IMG/VR virus record: IMGVR_UViG_3300032294_002877
Coordinates: 116,461 to 180,460 of that record
Length of the DNA stretch: 64,000 nt
Origin: a virus
Direction: 5' to 3' (one strand)
The notes under the pieces were generated by a model that searched no databases, was not told where the DNA came from, and worked only from the letters and a program-made list of their open reading frames with translations. This document shows, in pieces, positions 49,201 to 58,906 of this stretch (positions are counted from its first letter, which is position 1; every line of letters starts with the position of its first letter). Made by a program: the position numbers and the translations under genes.

Positions 49201-52200
49201 TAAGTCCATCAACATATATTCTATTTCTTGTAGTGTCAATTTTGATAGACCTCGTAGGAAATAGTGGTATAGTTACGTTTGCTATGGAGTTTCTCGATGC
49301 TGTATCTATAGCATAGACTCTGTTGGTTGAAAGAGCGGCAACGTAAAGAGTATTACCATCTGGACTAATAGCCATTCCCCATAAAACACCAGAACTAGCT
49401 AAAGATATTGTAGCCGTTCTAGATCCTGATTGATTTAATACGTATATATAATTATTTCTAAAATTATCAGCAGTCGAAAGAGCCACATAGATTTTAGTAC
49501 TATCAGGACTAACTACTATGCTTATGGGGTTAGCGGGCACGGAGGAGCTAAATGCGGCTGTGGTCACAACCGAATTATTAACTGTGGATATGATACTAAT
49601 ATTATTACCGGTACTGTTAGCAACATAGACTTTATCTCCATCTGGAGATATGGCTAATCCTCGTGGACCGTTGCCAACTGCTATGCTGGCTATCTGAGTA
49701 TTAGTAGTTGTATCTATAACTATAACTCTATTACTATTAAAATTTGATATATATAATCTGTGACCAGTTGGGCTAAAAACCATATCTTGTGGATTAGATA
49801 GCTCTATATTATTATTTCTATTTAAAGTAATATATTCTCTTTGAGGATTATTTGTAACTATTGTGAGCACATTAGAAGACCGACTCAAGATATAGATTTT
49901 ACTCTTATCTGGATTCAATTTGACCACCTCTCCAATGTATGGTACCGATGCAGACGAAGTGATAGAACGAGATATCGTAGGATCAGAACTATTAACACCG
50001 GTATATAAATCATCGTTAGGAGAAACAGAATTTAAAAATTCCACATACTCTCGACTAGTTATAGGATATTTAGATATTCTATATGTGCTTGTTACCGATC
50101 CTATTCCGTTCGTATCAGACGAATTATTTGGATTACCAACAGTAATAAATTCTCCGTAATTATTGGCGGGATTTGTTACGCTGGCTACTCTAAATCCTAT
50201 GTTAGCCAAAGAGCCAGTAGGAGATACGATTCCACTAATTTGTGAGACGGTGTTGAGGGAGCTATCATAAGATCCTCCACAATGAACTATCGAACTACCT
50301 CCAACAAATGTATCTGTATACTCATTAACGTTGCCTGTTTGGTCGTAAGTGCCGTATGCACTCGGACCGCCATTATATCTAATATCAGTTATTCGTCCTA
50401 TACGATTACCAATATTAGCACCGAATGGGTCTATTATCACTCTACCACTAGAATTTATAAATGGAGACAGATTGCTTTCTTGAGTAATTGAATTTTGAGA
50501 CAATGCGCTGGATACGGTTAATTTTTTATATCTTAGTATATTAGCATACGTAGCATAAGACGATCTTACCATACCAACCATAGCCATATGGCCACTGTTA
50601 GAAACAGCAGAAGAATATGAATCCATTGATCCCAAAGTGCTTTCGGTATAGTCTGTCATATTATACTGGTTCCAATTAAGAGCATCATAGGAATAACTAA
50701 CAGAAGTGGATGACGAACCAATTGAAGATATTGGCTGATAAGACACAACACAATGCTTGGCATCTATAACCTCAGGACTAGTAAAAGACGTATTTTGAGC
50801 CGCAGTATCCCTCCAAGAAAAAGCATTCCCTATATCCGTAACAGATGATACATAGTTGTCTGATGGTACGGCCAAAAATCTATCTAATTTAGCAAAATAG
50901 GCTACGGTATTAAATATTTTATTTGGTAAGGTCACCCTGGTCCATGTATCTCCTATAATAGATGCTTTTGTTGGAGTTGGAGTTGTCGTAGGAGTAGGGG
51001 AACTAGTTTGAGCAGGAGTGGTGGTTTTGGTTGGAGTAATACTGGGCGTTACTGTTTTAGTCGGAGTAATAGTTGGAGTAACAGTAGGCGTGTTTGTTAT
51101 AGTAGGAGTAATAGTAGGCGTTATTGTTGGTGTGGGTTGATTAGCTATGTCGTCTAATTTAGCAATACCATGATTCAATCCGGCGTCTGCGGAGAGAAAT
51201 CGTTTATCTGGACTAACCAGCGAAAATACTGTTTTAAAAGTAGAGTTATCGTTTGATCCTAATTGACCATTAGCATTATCACCAGCAGCATATAACATAT
51301 TATTGCCAAGAGAAGTATTAGCAATAATAAAACTATGATTTTTACCACAGGCTATTCTTTTTTCTGCATCTATTGTAATACCAGAAAGACCCAAACCGGT
51401 GTTCCCGCTTGAAACTGCTGTTACTCTCGTTGGGATTAATATTTTTTGATTGGCGCTATTCAATCCGCATTGACCCAAACCATTGTATCCCCATGCCCAT
51501 AGACTACCATCATTTTTAAGAGCCAAGCAATGACTATCACCGCAAGCTATATCAACCCATGTATTATCATTCCCTATTTGTGTTGGAACAGCATTATATG
51601 TTGCTGTAGAGTTGGTTCCTAATTGACCATATGTATTATCTCCCCAGCTCCATAGGGTGCCATCTGCTCGTATGGCTATATTAAAAAATGATCCTGAAGC
51701 TATTTTAGAATAGTTATTGTTTGTTTCAGGAAAGGGTGCGGATAGTAAAACAAAAGGATCCACATATCTTGCAACACCTGTTGTTACTCTAAATTCATCA
51801 ATATGCCCTCTAAACGGAGAGGTTCCTGCTGGAGAATATGCTGCTCCTCCTATGTGTATTGTTCCGGACGTATGATTGATGGTAGAATTTTGAGTATAGA
51901 TCAGAACACCGTCAATAAATGTTCTTAATACTCCTGATTTTCTAGAAAATGCTATATGTATCCATTTATTTGTCGGTATAGGAGATGCTATTGTTTGCTG
52001 ATCTTCTACAAATAGATAGCCTGTGCTACTTATATAAGCATATGATCCTAGTGTTCCAGATGTTGTTCTTGTATCAAATAATACATTGTCTGAACTATTG
52101 GTAGTTAAATAGAAGTATCCTTCTATAGTATAATCGCCGGTTCCGAACCTAAGACTATTATAAGATGTTGTTGTATAGATAGCTCCATTATTACCACCCC

Positions 52201-52801
52201 AATAATAAGCACTACCACCAAACTTACTGTTTGATGTTGATATCTTACCGGTACCTAAAATAGCTAAACTTTTCGGATCGCTTGAAGAGTCGCTTATAGA
52301 TGTACTATTATTTGATCCATTTAAATGCAATAATAGTGAAACATTTGAAAAAGCGGGCTCCGATATTCTTACAGGGATATACGACGGAAAATTTATAGCT
52401 ACAAGATTACCCAGCTGGCCAAATTGGTTATTTCCCCATGCCCATAAACTACCGTCTGTTTTTATACCTAAAGTATGTCTTGCTCCGCAACTAACAGAAC
52501 TCCAATTACTATTATCTAATAATAGCATATCAGAAGATGAAGATACCGAAGTTCCAACACCAAGCTGACCATAAGAGTTATCGCCCCAAACGTATAATTT
52601 ATTTGATGAGTTGATTGCTGCTGAATGTTTGAAGTTGACAGAAGCAGAGATCCAAGATGAATTTTCTAATGCTCCATCATTGCCTAATCTTGAAACGGTA
52701 TTTTTATTCGTACTTTCTCCGAAAATGTATAAAGTATCACTAGAATCTGTTAGACCTAGTACGATCCCATTGCCAGTTATAATATTTCTAAAATTAGCCA
52801 T
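46247..52801 (-). CDS. giant multi-domain fibre/adhesin (2184 aa): RCC1 repeats, LamG, PT linkers, permuted FGE-sulfatase with YVTN propeller, Ig-like, Asp-box repeats
   Basis: LWAWGNNQFGQLG repeats; FTI-type LamG; GNGPRGLAISPDGDKVYVAN; WYNAARYCNWL; SSDGGVNW/RSLDGGSTW repeats. Confidence 0.85.
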   Translation of the reverse strand: MANFRNIITGNGIVLGLTDSSDTLYIFGESTNKNTVSRLGNDGALENSSWISASVNFKHSAAINSSNKLYVWGDNSYGQLGVGTSVSSSSDMLLLDNSNWSSVSCGARHTLGIKTDGSLWAWGNNQFGQLGNLVAINFPSYIPVRISEPAFSNVSLLLHLNGSNNSTSISDSSSDPKSLAILGTGKISTSNSKFGGSAYYWGGNNGAIYTTTSYNSLRFGTGDYTIEGYFYLTTNSSDNVLFDTRTTSGTLGSYAYISSTGYLFVEDQQTIASPIPTNKWIHIAFSRKSGVLRTFIDGVLIYTQNSTINHTSGTIHIGGAAYSPAGTSPFRGHIDEFRVTTGVARYVDPFVLLSAPFPETNNNYSKIASGSFFNIAIRADGTLWSWGDNTYGQLGTNSTATYNAVPTQIGNDNTWVDIACGDSHCLALKNDGSLWAWGYNGLGQCGLNSANQKILIPTRVTAVSSGNTGLGLSGITIDAEKRIACGKNHSFIIANTSLGNNMLYAAGDNANGQLGSNDNSTFKTVFSLVSPDKRFLSADAGLNHGIAKLDDIANQPTPTITPTITPTITNTPTVTPTITPTKTVTPSITPTKTTTPAQTSSPTPTTTPTPTKASIIGDTWTRVTLPNKIFNTVAYFAKLDRFLAVPSDNYVSSVTDIGNAFSWRDTAAQNTSFTSPEVIDAKHCVVSYQPISSIGSSSTSVSYSYDALNWNQYNMTDYTESTLGSMDSYSSAVSNSGHMAMVGMVRSSYATYANILRYKKLTVSSALSQNSITQESNLSPFINSSGRVIIDPFGANIGNRIGRITDIRYNGGPSAYGTYDQTGNVNEYTDTFVGGSSIVHCGGSYDSSLNTVSQISGIVSPTGSLANIGFRVASVTNPANNYGEFITVGNPNNSSDTNGIGSVTSTYRISKYPITSREYVEFLNSVSPNDDLYTGVNSSDPTISRSITSSASVPYIGEVVKLNPDKSKIYILSRSSNVLTIVTNNPQREYITLNRNNNIELSNPQDMVFSPTGHRLYISNFNSNRVIVIDTTTNTQIASIAVGNGPRGLAISPDGDKVYVANSTGNNISIISTVNNSVVTTAAFSSSVPANPISIVVSPDSTKIYVALSTADNFRNNYIYVLNQSGSRTATISLASSGVLWGMAISPDGNTLYVAALSTNRVYAIDTASRNSIANVTIPLFPTRSIKIDTTRNRIYVDGLSDEGIKVLNLQTLAVIDTIRAPGVYDFDIDPTNQTVYYINTNGPSASTNLFTYLLTQEYSAIRGKENYPINFVNWYNAARYCNWLSNGKPVGNRISTTTENGAYNLTLQFPTRNTTNPNTGSSPHYFLPNINEWHKAAYYKGGGTNAGYWRYATQSDSIVPVESRVGETNIVENIFPKNINEIPAIKIRKDGLAVVVCNNYVFFGNMIPGETPIWSMYKLSALEIGTRLRSRTDILFGDDNRVLIIVSNLASNASSSYIYTDPISYSSNYDSGIIFNQGTLPVLNNASVSVGAAIYNNGMYLIIPQAPLSTNILWKSTDGINWTTVNSSTLNGQTWKGLASKNNLFVAVGDYRGAISYTDIRSTPTPTPTITNTPTNNGITITQQPRNADIVLVADNNGGGIANFTVQATSRLYIAYQWFESINNGPFNPITGATLNILSINNITSAQNGNRYYVRLTSGNVVLTSSTVTLNVFTNSPIVILQQPTDTYATNSGASFTVVAELNPTPTPTCTVTPTVTPTVTPTVTVTVTPSCTSGIDLTPTPTPSVTATITPTLTITPTTTPASTVTPTITPTITPTITVTKSPIVTPSPTKTVTPTKSISLTPTPTPTPPCIAGLSWSRKSTPYEVNSSAINQVWGDIACSSDGMKITAVSSYVPDQYSTLYNQGKSGRIIISSNNGDTWTTPTSATPGFGNSQAYNYNTDWTGVAMSDNGNIIIAASNNSYIWRSLDGGSTWNIISTIGYYDNIVRRFYTGNIVCSSDGSKVAVIVTRSANDPGGFLSYILRSSDGGVNWTNSITAPNPINNLEWTQIAMSKDGTKLIAVLDRGPSWYNRYPIYRSIDGGITWNEIAQNIVFDYNNPITISDNGMVITRTFTQNNTNQLFISLDGGETYTIKPIPIVGYIKSNNNGTRIIGVSAVFAYVSLDQGNTWTISQKINDDTDPAINVVGRKIVSSIDSNRLILSAYSVNQTQNLVLGRIYTSRCN
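47370..47695 (-). repeat. longest Pro/Thr (TPTxTP) mucin-like tract in the 2184-aa fibre
   Basis: Imperfect TPT[VI]TP coding repeats with varied synonymous codons. Confidence 0.85.
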
Positions 52802-52829
52802 AATTAATTGTTCCGTATGTGTTATTAAT

Positions 52830-55800
52830 CTATAGTATTCCTAAAGACCTTATAGACCAAGATATTCCATTATTACCGCTTATTAAATAATTACTGTTAT
52901 TGACTCCGATTACAATAATATTATTATTATACGATACTATATTAGACCACTGAGGATTTGATACATTCGACGGTCTTTCTACCCATGTATCACCGTTATT
53001 ATCGCTAGTGTATATATTGTTCTGATCAAGAGCTATAGCTATCCATCTATTATTAGAGAATATTATTTTCTCCCACTCTGCCGTTATTGGCATATTAATA
53101 CTAGACCATGTTAATCCATTGTCTGTACTTCTTGCTGCTGTCCTAGAATTTGATCCAATCGCTATAATAATACTACCATTGCTATTAGTTGCAGCAGATT
53201 TCCAGAATACATTTAATGAGCCAATATTTAATGATATGTCTGACCACGATATTACTCTGTTAGAAGATATTGTTCCTGACAAAACATTGTTACTATTACT
53301 GGCAAAAGCGAAAATTTTATTTTTGGCCTGAACCAAGTGCGTCCAGTTTCTTGATTGTGGCGCTATAAATGTATACCATGTATTAGCCGCGTATCCAGCA
53401 ACAATATTAGAATCATTAGCTAATGCTAGTATAGAATACTGATTAGTGGCTGCTGCCGCTCCGCCTGTAGACGTATTAGTATTCCATCCCAAGCTTGTGG
53501 TCCAATTCAATGTTGTTCCAAGACTATGATTGGTCCAAGTAATCGTATCTCTTGACATACTAACATTACTAGAAGCAAATCCAAAAATAGCATATTGATT
53601 ACTAACAGTATCATAGCAAACAGTTGTTGGACTAGTTACCGACTGACCAGTAGCGGTTTTGGATGCCCAAGAAGCATATCCAACCTGACCTCTATCATTA
53701 TTTCCCCAACCCCATAATCTATTATTTGAGTCTATAATAAGATTATGACTACCTAATGAACTAGCTCTAATACCATAATTCAAAGTTGTTCCTGATGGCG
53801 CAGAAATTGGCTTAAGTACGGACGATGCAGAATATGTACCGTCGCCTAACTGTCCAACATCATTAGCTCCAACAGAGGCTATAATATTATTAATAAAAGC
53901 TACAGGAGGTTTTTGTGATGGGGTAATACTTGGAGTAACCGGTACTGTCGATGTAACAGTGGCGGTTGGTGTAGGTGATGGTGTTAGGGTTGGGGTTATA
54001 CTAGGAGACGGAGTAACAGTTGGTGTAGGTTGTGGAGTAGGGGGTATCGGAGGAGCATCGCTATCGAAACCCATATCAATAATAGAGTTGCTGTTAAAAT
54101 TTTGAGATATGATACGCGATGGTCTCAACTGCTTATTCCATGTGTCTATTGTAGACAATCCATTGTCTGTCAATGTATACATAATATCATTATTATTAAC
54201 AACATTCCTGTGTGTCGATGATATGTATGACTTATATACTATAGAATATATTTGATCACTAATAGTATTAATAAAATATATAACATCTGTATTCAATAAT
54301 AAATTATTTCCATATAATACAACATTATTATAATTATCAACAAGAAGTTTAATGTTAGATAAAGATAAGGTTGTTGCCGTGGTACTTGAACTCAAACCAT
54401 AAATACTTAAACTTTTGCTTTGACTGCTTAATAAATTGTAAGAAATAATAGATTGGGCATTTCCTGTACCATTCTCCAATGTTACATATATCTTGTTTCT
54501 ACAATAAACAATCTTGCTTGGTTGTGTTAAATTATGAGTAAATAAAGTAGTGTTAGTATATAGAGTATTATTGATAACTGTTTTTATTACTGTTCCATTT
54601 GAAGATGTGGTATATATAGTATTGTAGTTTTCGCCGTTACAGAAATCTTGAATCTGAATATTGTTTGGTTTGAAATCTATTATGCATCTTACCGCATATC
54701 TAGGATTACTCAACAAGTCATAAACAGTTATAGTATTATCAGAATAATTTAAGCAATACAATTTACTGCTATCTTCACTTATGAGTATCTTGCGAGGACT
54801 TCCTCCTGTTACTATAGATCCAACACGAGCCCATAAAGAAGGATCAGCATCAACAGAATTAATAATGTCGATCCTGTTCTGAGAATTAGATACAAAGGTT
54901 TGTGTTCTATCATATCCTATAAAAATACTAGTTGGCGTTTGATTAATATCATTGATTATTTTAATATCAAATGGATTTGTAACATTGATAGCATTCAATT
55001 TAGTACTATCGGCACAAACCAAATAACCAGTATCTCCGGCGGCATTTGTGGTGAACGCTCCGTCTCCTGATGAATTCAAGGTTGATGTTAACGGAGTAGT
55101 ATTATTTTGATTACCGTATAGCGTATATGTTTCACTAAGAGGAGAATAGAATGCGGCTTTATACCACTCGTTTTCTGTTGGAATCCAATATCTAGAGCCA
55201 GAGTTTCTAACTACTGCGCCAGCATCTGATATAGAATACGCTCCTGTTTCGGTATCACTAGAATCTGTAGCTCCATTATGTAGCCAATTACAGTATCTGG
55301 CACAATCTATCCAATTAACATAATTTACAGGCTTATTTCCAAAATTTCTTTTTGACACATAATAATAACTACCAGCAGATCCCGCTCTAATTATACCTCC
55401 CCTTTGAGTATCTGTTGCCATGTTGCTATTATATAGAGCTCTAGTATCAAGCTTAGCTTTACTGTTTAAAAATGCGCAATATTCATCATTTGTAACAGGA
55501 AATCTGCCTATTTTGTATACATAAGATACGGCGCCATAACTGGTGCTGGGGTCTGCTATGTTGTTTGTATTAGAAACAGTAGAGAAATTTCCTAATTCAA
55601 TAGGATCTCCATTAACTCCGGATGTTGCTATTCTAAACCCAGTAGCAGCATCGGATACTGTGGCCGCTGCAACTACTCTTCCGTTTTTAGATATCCCTTG
55701 AGCGTTCGAAGAAAAATTACCTCCTCTTATAGCAAAAGAAGTAGCGTCTCCTACCCATTCTCCGATATTACCACTCATATCGTAACAATTATAAAAACTT

Positions 55801-57581
55801 TTAGCCCCATTGGTTCCTACTGTACTAACATTCCCTCCACTAGTTATACCATTAAATAATGACTGATTATTATAATTAGCCACATTCGGACTTAGTAATG
55901 GGCTTGTTGTTGGAGTAACAGTTGGAGTTAAAGTCGGGGTCGGTGTTTTGGTTGGAGTCGCTGTTGAAGTTACTGTTGGCGTTACTGTTGATGTTGGCGA
56001 AATAGTTATTGTTGGAGTTAATGTGGGTGTGAGCGTAGGCGTTCTTGTTGGAGTAATTGTGGGTGTTAATGTTCTAGTAGGTGTAGGGGTAACATCAGGA
56101 GCTGTCCATAATACAAACGGATTATTTGGAATAATCAAATAACCAACACCGGGTAATAATGATGTTAAACTATTGAATTGGCTGTTAGGATCATAGCTAA
56201 TGTATGCTGTACCATCAGAACTAATACCATAAATTTTTGATACGCTAAATTTAAATGGAGCAGTATTAAGATTTAATGGATCCGTTCCCATGTACGTTTC
56301 CATAGCAAATGCTGTATCTATATTAATACTATTTCTATTATCTTTATTTGTTAATCCAGCAAATAATACATAGTTTGGATTATTAGAATTACTAATTACT
56401 AGATATGTTTTTTGTGATTCAAGAGCATTTAGACTATTAAATGAGCTGTTGCTCCACGATATATAAGCTGATCCATTACTAGATATTCCGTATATTATAG
56501 AAATTTGACTAGCAATCTCAGCTGGTAACGAAGATAGATTTAAATTAGTATCACCCTGATATTTAATAAATTGTAATTTTTTATTGATTATAAGAGTAGT
56601 AAATAGTGTTGGACTATAGTCTGTGGGAGTTGGGGTTAGTGTAGGAGTTGGCGTTGGGGTGAAATACTGAACGCTACAAACATAGGAAGACGATACCGGG
56701 CCATCACCGACACTGCTAGCGCTAACGCATGCTGGGCCAGTATTAGACTGAGTTGCATATGTCCAATATCCAGCATTCAAATTTCCTGATTTATAATATG
56801 CTGCTTTATACCATTCATTTTCTGTAGGGATATAATACCTAGCCCCAGGATTCCTTACTATATTATCGCCAACTAAACTAAATGTATAAGCACCATTTTC
56901 TGTGGTATTATTATTTTGAGTTCCTGTTGGTTTTCCGTTGTGTAACCAATTACAATACCTGGCAGCATCAAACCAAGAAACATAAATTATTGGTTTATTT
57001 GCATATGACGATCTAACCGTATAAGTATAACTGCCACTGGTTCCCGATCTGTCTATTCCACAGCGACCAAGGCTAGAGCTCATTGAGATATTATATAGAT
57101 TATTGGTATCGGTTCTAGCTATAGCGTTTAAAAATTCTACATATTCACAAACTGTCACAGGAAAAGCAGAAATTTGATACCCGTAATTTACGCTTCCGTA
57201 TCCACTAGACGGATCGGAAGTATTATTAATATCTCCTACTGTAACAAAGTTAGGGATATTTAATGTATTATCTATTGAAGCTATTCTGAATCCAAGATTA
57301 CCATTTTCTGATGATCTTATTAATGTAATTCTACTATTGGACGATAATGCAGCGGATATGTCTGCAGCAGTTTGGCTTAACCAACTACCACCCCTGGCAC
57401 ATCTTAAAGAACCGACAGCATTATCCAAATCATTCCATTCTATGACATTACCTGTCTGATCGTATGTTCCGTAAGCGCTAGGACCTCCGTTAGTACCAAC
57501 AGTAGTCACATTACCATCGACACCATCCCAGTCCGCACATAATGCAAAATTTGCTGTATTTGTTCCTGGATTTACTGGCAT
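52830..57581 (-). CDS. multi-domain fibre/adhesin (1583 aa): two permuted FGE-sulfatase domains, PT linkers, propeller, RCC1 remnant, Asp-box repeats
   Basis: YGTYDQTGNVIEW/RGGSW/GFRIAS placed before VTVGD/PVT/WFDAARYCNWL/PTENEWYKAA, twice; RSTDNGLTW, TSDNNGDTW. Confidence 0.85.
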   Translation of the reverse strand: MPVNPGTNTANFALCADWDGVDGNVTTVGTNGGPSAYGTYDQTGNVIEWNDLDNAVGSLRCARGGSWLSQTAADISAALSSNSRITLIRSSENGNLGFRIASIDNTLNIPNFVTVGDINNTSDPSSGYGSVNYGYQISAFPVTVCEYVEFLNAIARTDTNNLYNISMSSSLGRCGIDRSGTSGSYTYTVRSSYANKPIIYVSWFDAARYCNWLHNGKPTGTQNNNTTENGAYTFSLVGDNIVRNPGARYYIPTENEWYKAAYYKSGNLNAGYWTYATQSNTGPACVSASSVGDGPVSSSYVCSVQYFTPTPTPTLTPTPTDYSPTLFTTLIINKKLQFIKYQGDTNLNLSSLPAEIASQISIIYGISSNGSAYISWSNSSFNSLNALESQKTYLVISNSNNPNYVLFAGLTNKDNRNSINIDTAFAMETYMGTDPLNLNTAPFKFSVSKIYGISSDGTAYISYDPNSQFNSLTSLLPGVGYLIIPNNPFVLWTAPDVTPTPTRTLTPTITPTRTPTLTPTLTPTITISPTSTVTPTVTSTATPTKTPTPTLTPTVTPTTSPLLSPNVANYNNQSLFNGITSGGNVSTVGTNGAKSFYNCYDMSGNIGEWVGDATSFAIRGGNFSSNAQGISKNGRVVAAATVSDAATGFRIATSGVNGDPIELGNFSTVSNTNNIADPSTSYGAVSYVYKIGRFPVTNDEYCAFLNSKAKLDTRALYNSNMATDTQRGGIIRAGSAGSYYYVSKRNFGNKPVNYVNWIDCARYCNWLHNGATDSSDTETGAYSISDAGAVVRNSGSRYWIPTENEWYKAAFYSPLSETYTLYGNQNNTTPLTSTLNSSGDGAFTTNAAGDTGYLVCADSTKLNAINVTNPFDIKIINDINQTPTSIFIGYDRTQTFVSNSQNRIDIINSVDADPSLWARVGSIVTGGSPRKILISEDSSKLYCLNYSDNTITVYDLLSNPRYAVRCIIDFKPNNIQIQDFCNGENYNTIYTTSSNGTVIKTVINNTLYTNTTLFTHNLTQPSKIVYCRNKIYVTLENGTGNAQSIISYNLLSSQSKSLSIYGLSSSTTATTLSLSNIKLLVDNYNNVVLYGNNLLLNTDVIYFINTISDQIYSIVYKSYISSTHRNVVNNNDIMYTLTDNGLSTIDTWNKQLRPSRIISQNFNSNSIIDMGFDSDAPPIPPTPQPTPTVTPSPSITPTLTPSPTPTATVTSTVPVTPSITPSQKPPVAFINNIIASVGANDVGQLGDGTYSASSVLKPISAPSGTTLNYGIRASSLGSHNLIIDSNNRLWGWGNNDRGQVGYASWASKTATGQSVTSPTTVCYDTVSNQYAIFGFASSNVSMSRDTITWTNHSLGTTLNWTTSLGWNTNTSTGGAAAATNQYSILALANDSNIVAGYAANTWYTFIAPQSRNWTHLVQAKNKIFAFASNSNNVLSGTISSNRVISWSDISLNIGSLNVFWKSAATNSNGSIIIAIGSNSRTAARSTDNGLTWSSINMPITAEWEKIIFSNNRWIAIALDQNNIYTSDNNGDTWVERPSNVSNPQWSNIVSYNNNIIVIGVNNSNYLISGNNGISWSIRSLGIL

Positions 57582-57597
57582 ACTTCAACTTTCATGA

Positions 57598-58896
57598 TTA
57601 AAGATTATAATTTCCGGTATTAGGTGGAAATATTCCATTATATGATAATCCTGTGGCAGCCCTAAAGTATCTGAATGGTTTACCGACATAGGAAGCGGGG
57701 TAGTCTACTGATGCCACTTCCTGACCTGGATTACCTGAGGATGCGCCCACAACCAATTTTATATTATTAGCGGTACCTGAGACTACCTCAGGATTATAAA
57801 ATAATCTGTCTCCGGCACTAGCATTGAAGGTTAAGCCATTAGCGGTAATAGCAACATTGCTAGTTACTATAGTTATTTGACTCAATAGATTAGGTGTTGG
57901 AGTTGGAGTAGGGGTCTTTGTCGGAGTAATCGAAGGCGTTACTGTTGGACTAATTGTAATTGTTGGAGTAACAGTTGCAGTAATAGTAGGCGTAATTGTA
58001 GGTGTAATTGTTGGAGTAGGAGTTAATGATTTTGTAGGAGTTATAGTGATAGTCGGAGTAACTGTAGGAGTTATGGTTGGTGTGGGCGTTGTCGTATTAG
58101 TCGGTGTCGGAGTAGCTGTTTTAGTGGGAGTAACGGTTATAGTAGGAGTGACTGTTTGTGTTGGTGTTGGGGTCGGTGTTGGATCCAATAAGCACTCGTC
58201 GCATTGTATCAACATAAGATCAACTATTTTTGGACAATTGATTTCCTGTGGAGAAGTTAAGGAAATTTCAATCAATGCGAAAAGATTATTGCGATCCAAC
58301 TGCAATAAATCCGTTCCCGGAGGAAGAAAAGAATTATAGTCAACAACACCATTGTCCCAATCAAACCTAATAACAGACATTATATTATTGCCGGCTTGAG
58401 AACTAGTGATAGATCCTGATGATGGATGTGCTGTAACTGGCCAATTACTGTCTAATACTCTAACTTGGTATGTGTACGGATATCCAATATTCAAATTAGA
58501 AACATCACTACTAAAATAATAATAATTCCCAGACTCTCTTGTTAGTGTAATTTTAGCAGGGATGACGTCTACTGCTGGGCAGTTTCTGTAAGGGGCGGGA
58601 ATAATAGCGCCAGAATATGGTATATTATATGGAAAAGTTACATTACTCTTACTAATAAAATAATATGATTGCTGAGGTTCTAAAAATTGTAATGAAGATC
58701 TTCTATCTGGCACATTGTTTGTTTTATAAAAAATTGGAACCAGTCCATTTACTGCTTGAGTACCGTATATGGTAGATATATTGCTTAAAAAAGATGAGTA
58801 TGCAGTATTGCTAGTAAGACTAGAAGGGGCATCGAACAATGGAAGTCTTTGACTTCCTAGATATGTTTTGATCGCAAAAATATTATCAATGATCAT
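57598..58896 (-). CDS. PT-linker virion accessory protein (432 aa)
   Basis: About 95-residue Pro/Thr tract; N-terminal modules paralogous to neighbouring genes. Confidence 0.75.
   Translation of the reverse strand: MIIDNIFAIKTYLGSQRLPLFDAPSSLTSNTAYSSFLSNISTIYGTQAVNGLVPIFYKTNNVPDRRSSLQFLEPQQSYYFISKSNVTFPYNIPYSGAIIPAPYRNCPAVDVIPAKITLTRESGNYYYFSSDVSNLNIGYPYTYQVRVLDSNWPVTAHPSSGSITSSQAGNNIMSVIRFDWDNGVVDYNSFLPPGTDLLQLDRNNLFALIEISLTSPQEINCPKIVDLMLIQCDECLLDPTPTPTPTQTVTPTITVTPTKTATPTPTNTTTPTPTITPTVTPTITITPTKSLTPTPTITPTITPTITATVTPTITISPTVTPSITPTKTPTPTPTPNLLSQITIVTSNVAITANGLTFNASAGDRLFYNPEVVSGTANNIKLVVGASSGNPGQEVASVDYPASYVGKPFRYFRAATGLSYNGIFPPNTGNYNL
57895..58180 (-). repeat. Pro/Thr mucin-like tract
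   Basis: [20 protein letters not shown]... about 95 aa. Confidence 0.85.
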
Positions 58897-58906
58897 TGTA
58901 TTGCCC

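Noticed and set aside
50320-57500. Diversity-generating retroelement (TR/VR pair) targeting the FGE domains
   Set aside because: The repeated GGPSAYGTYDQTGNV segments differ at synonymous positions rather than specifically at adenines, both are coding, and no reverse transcriptase is in the window.
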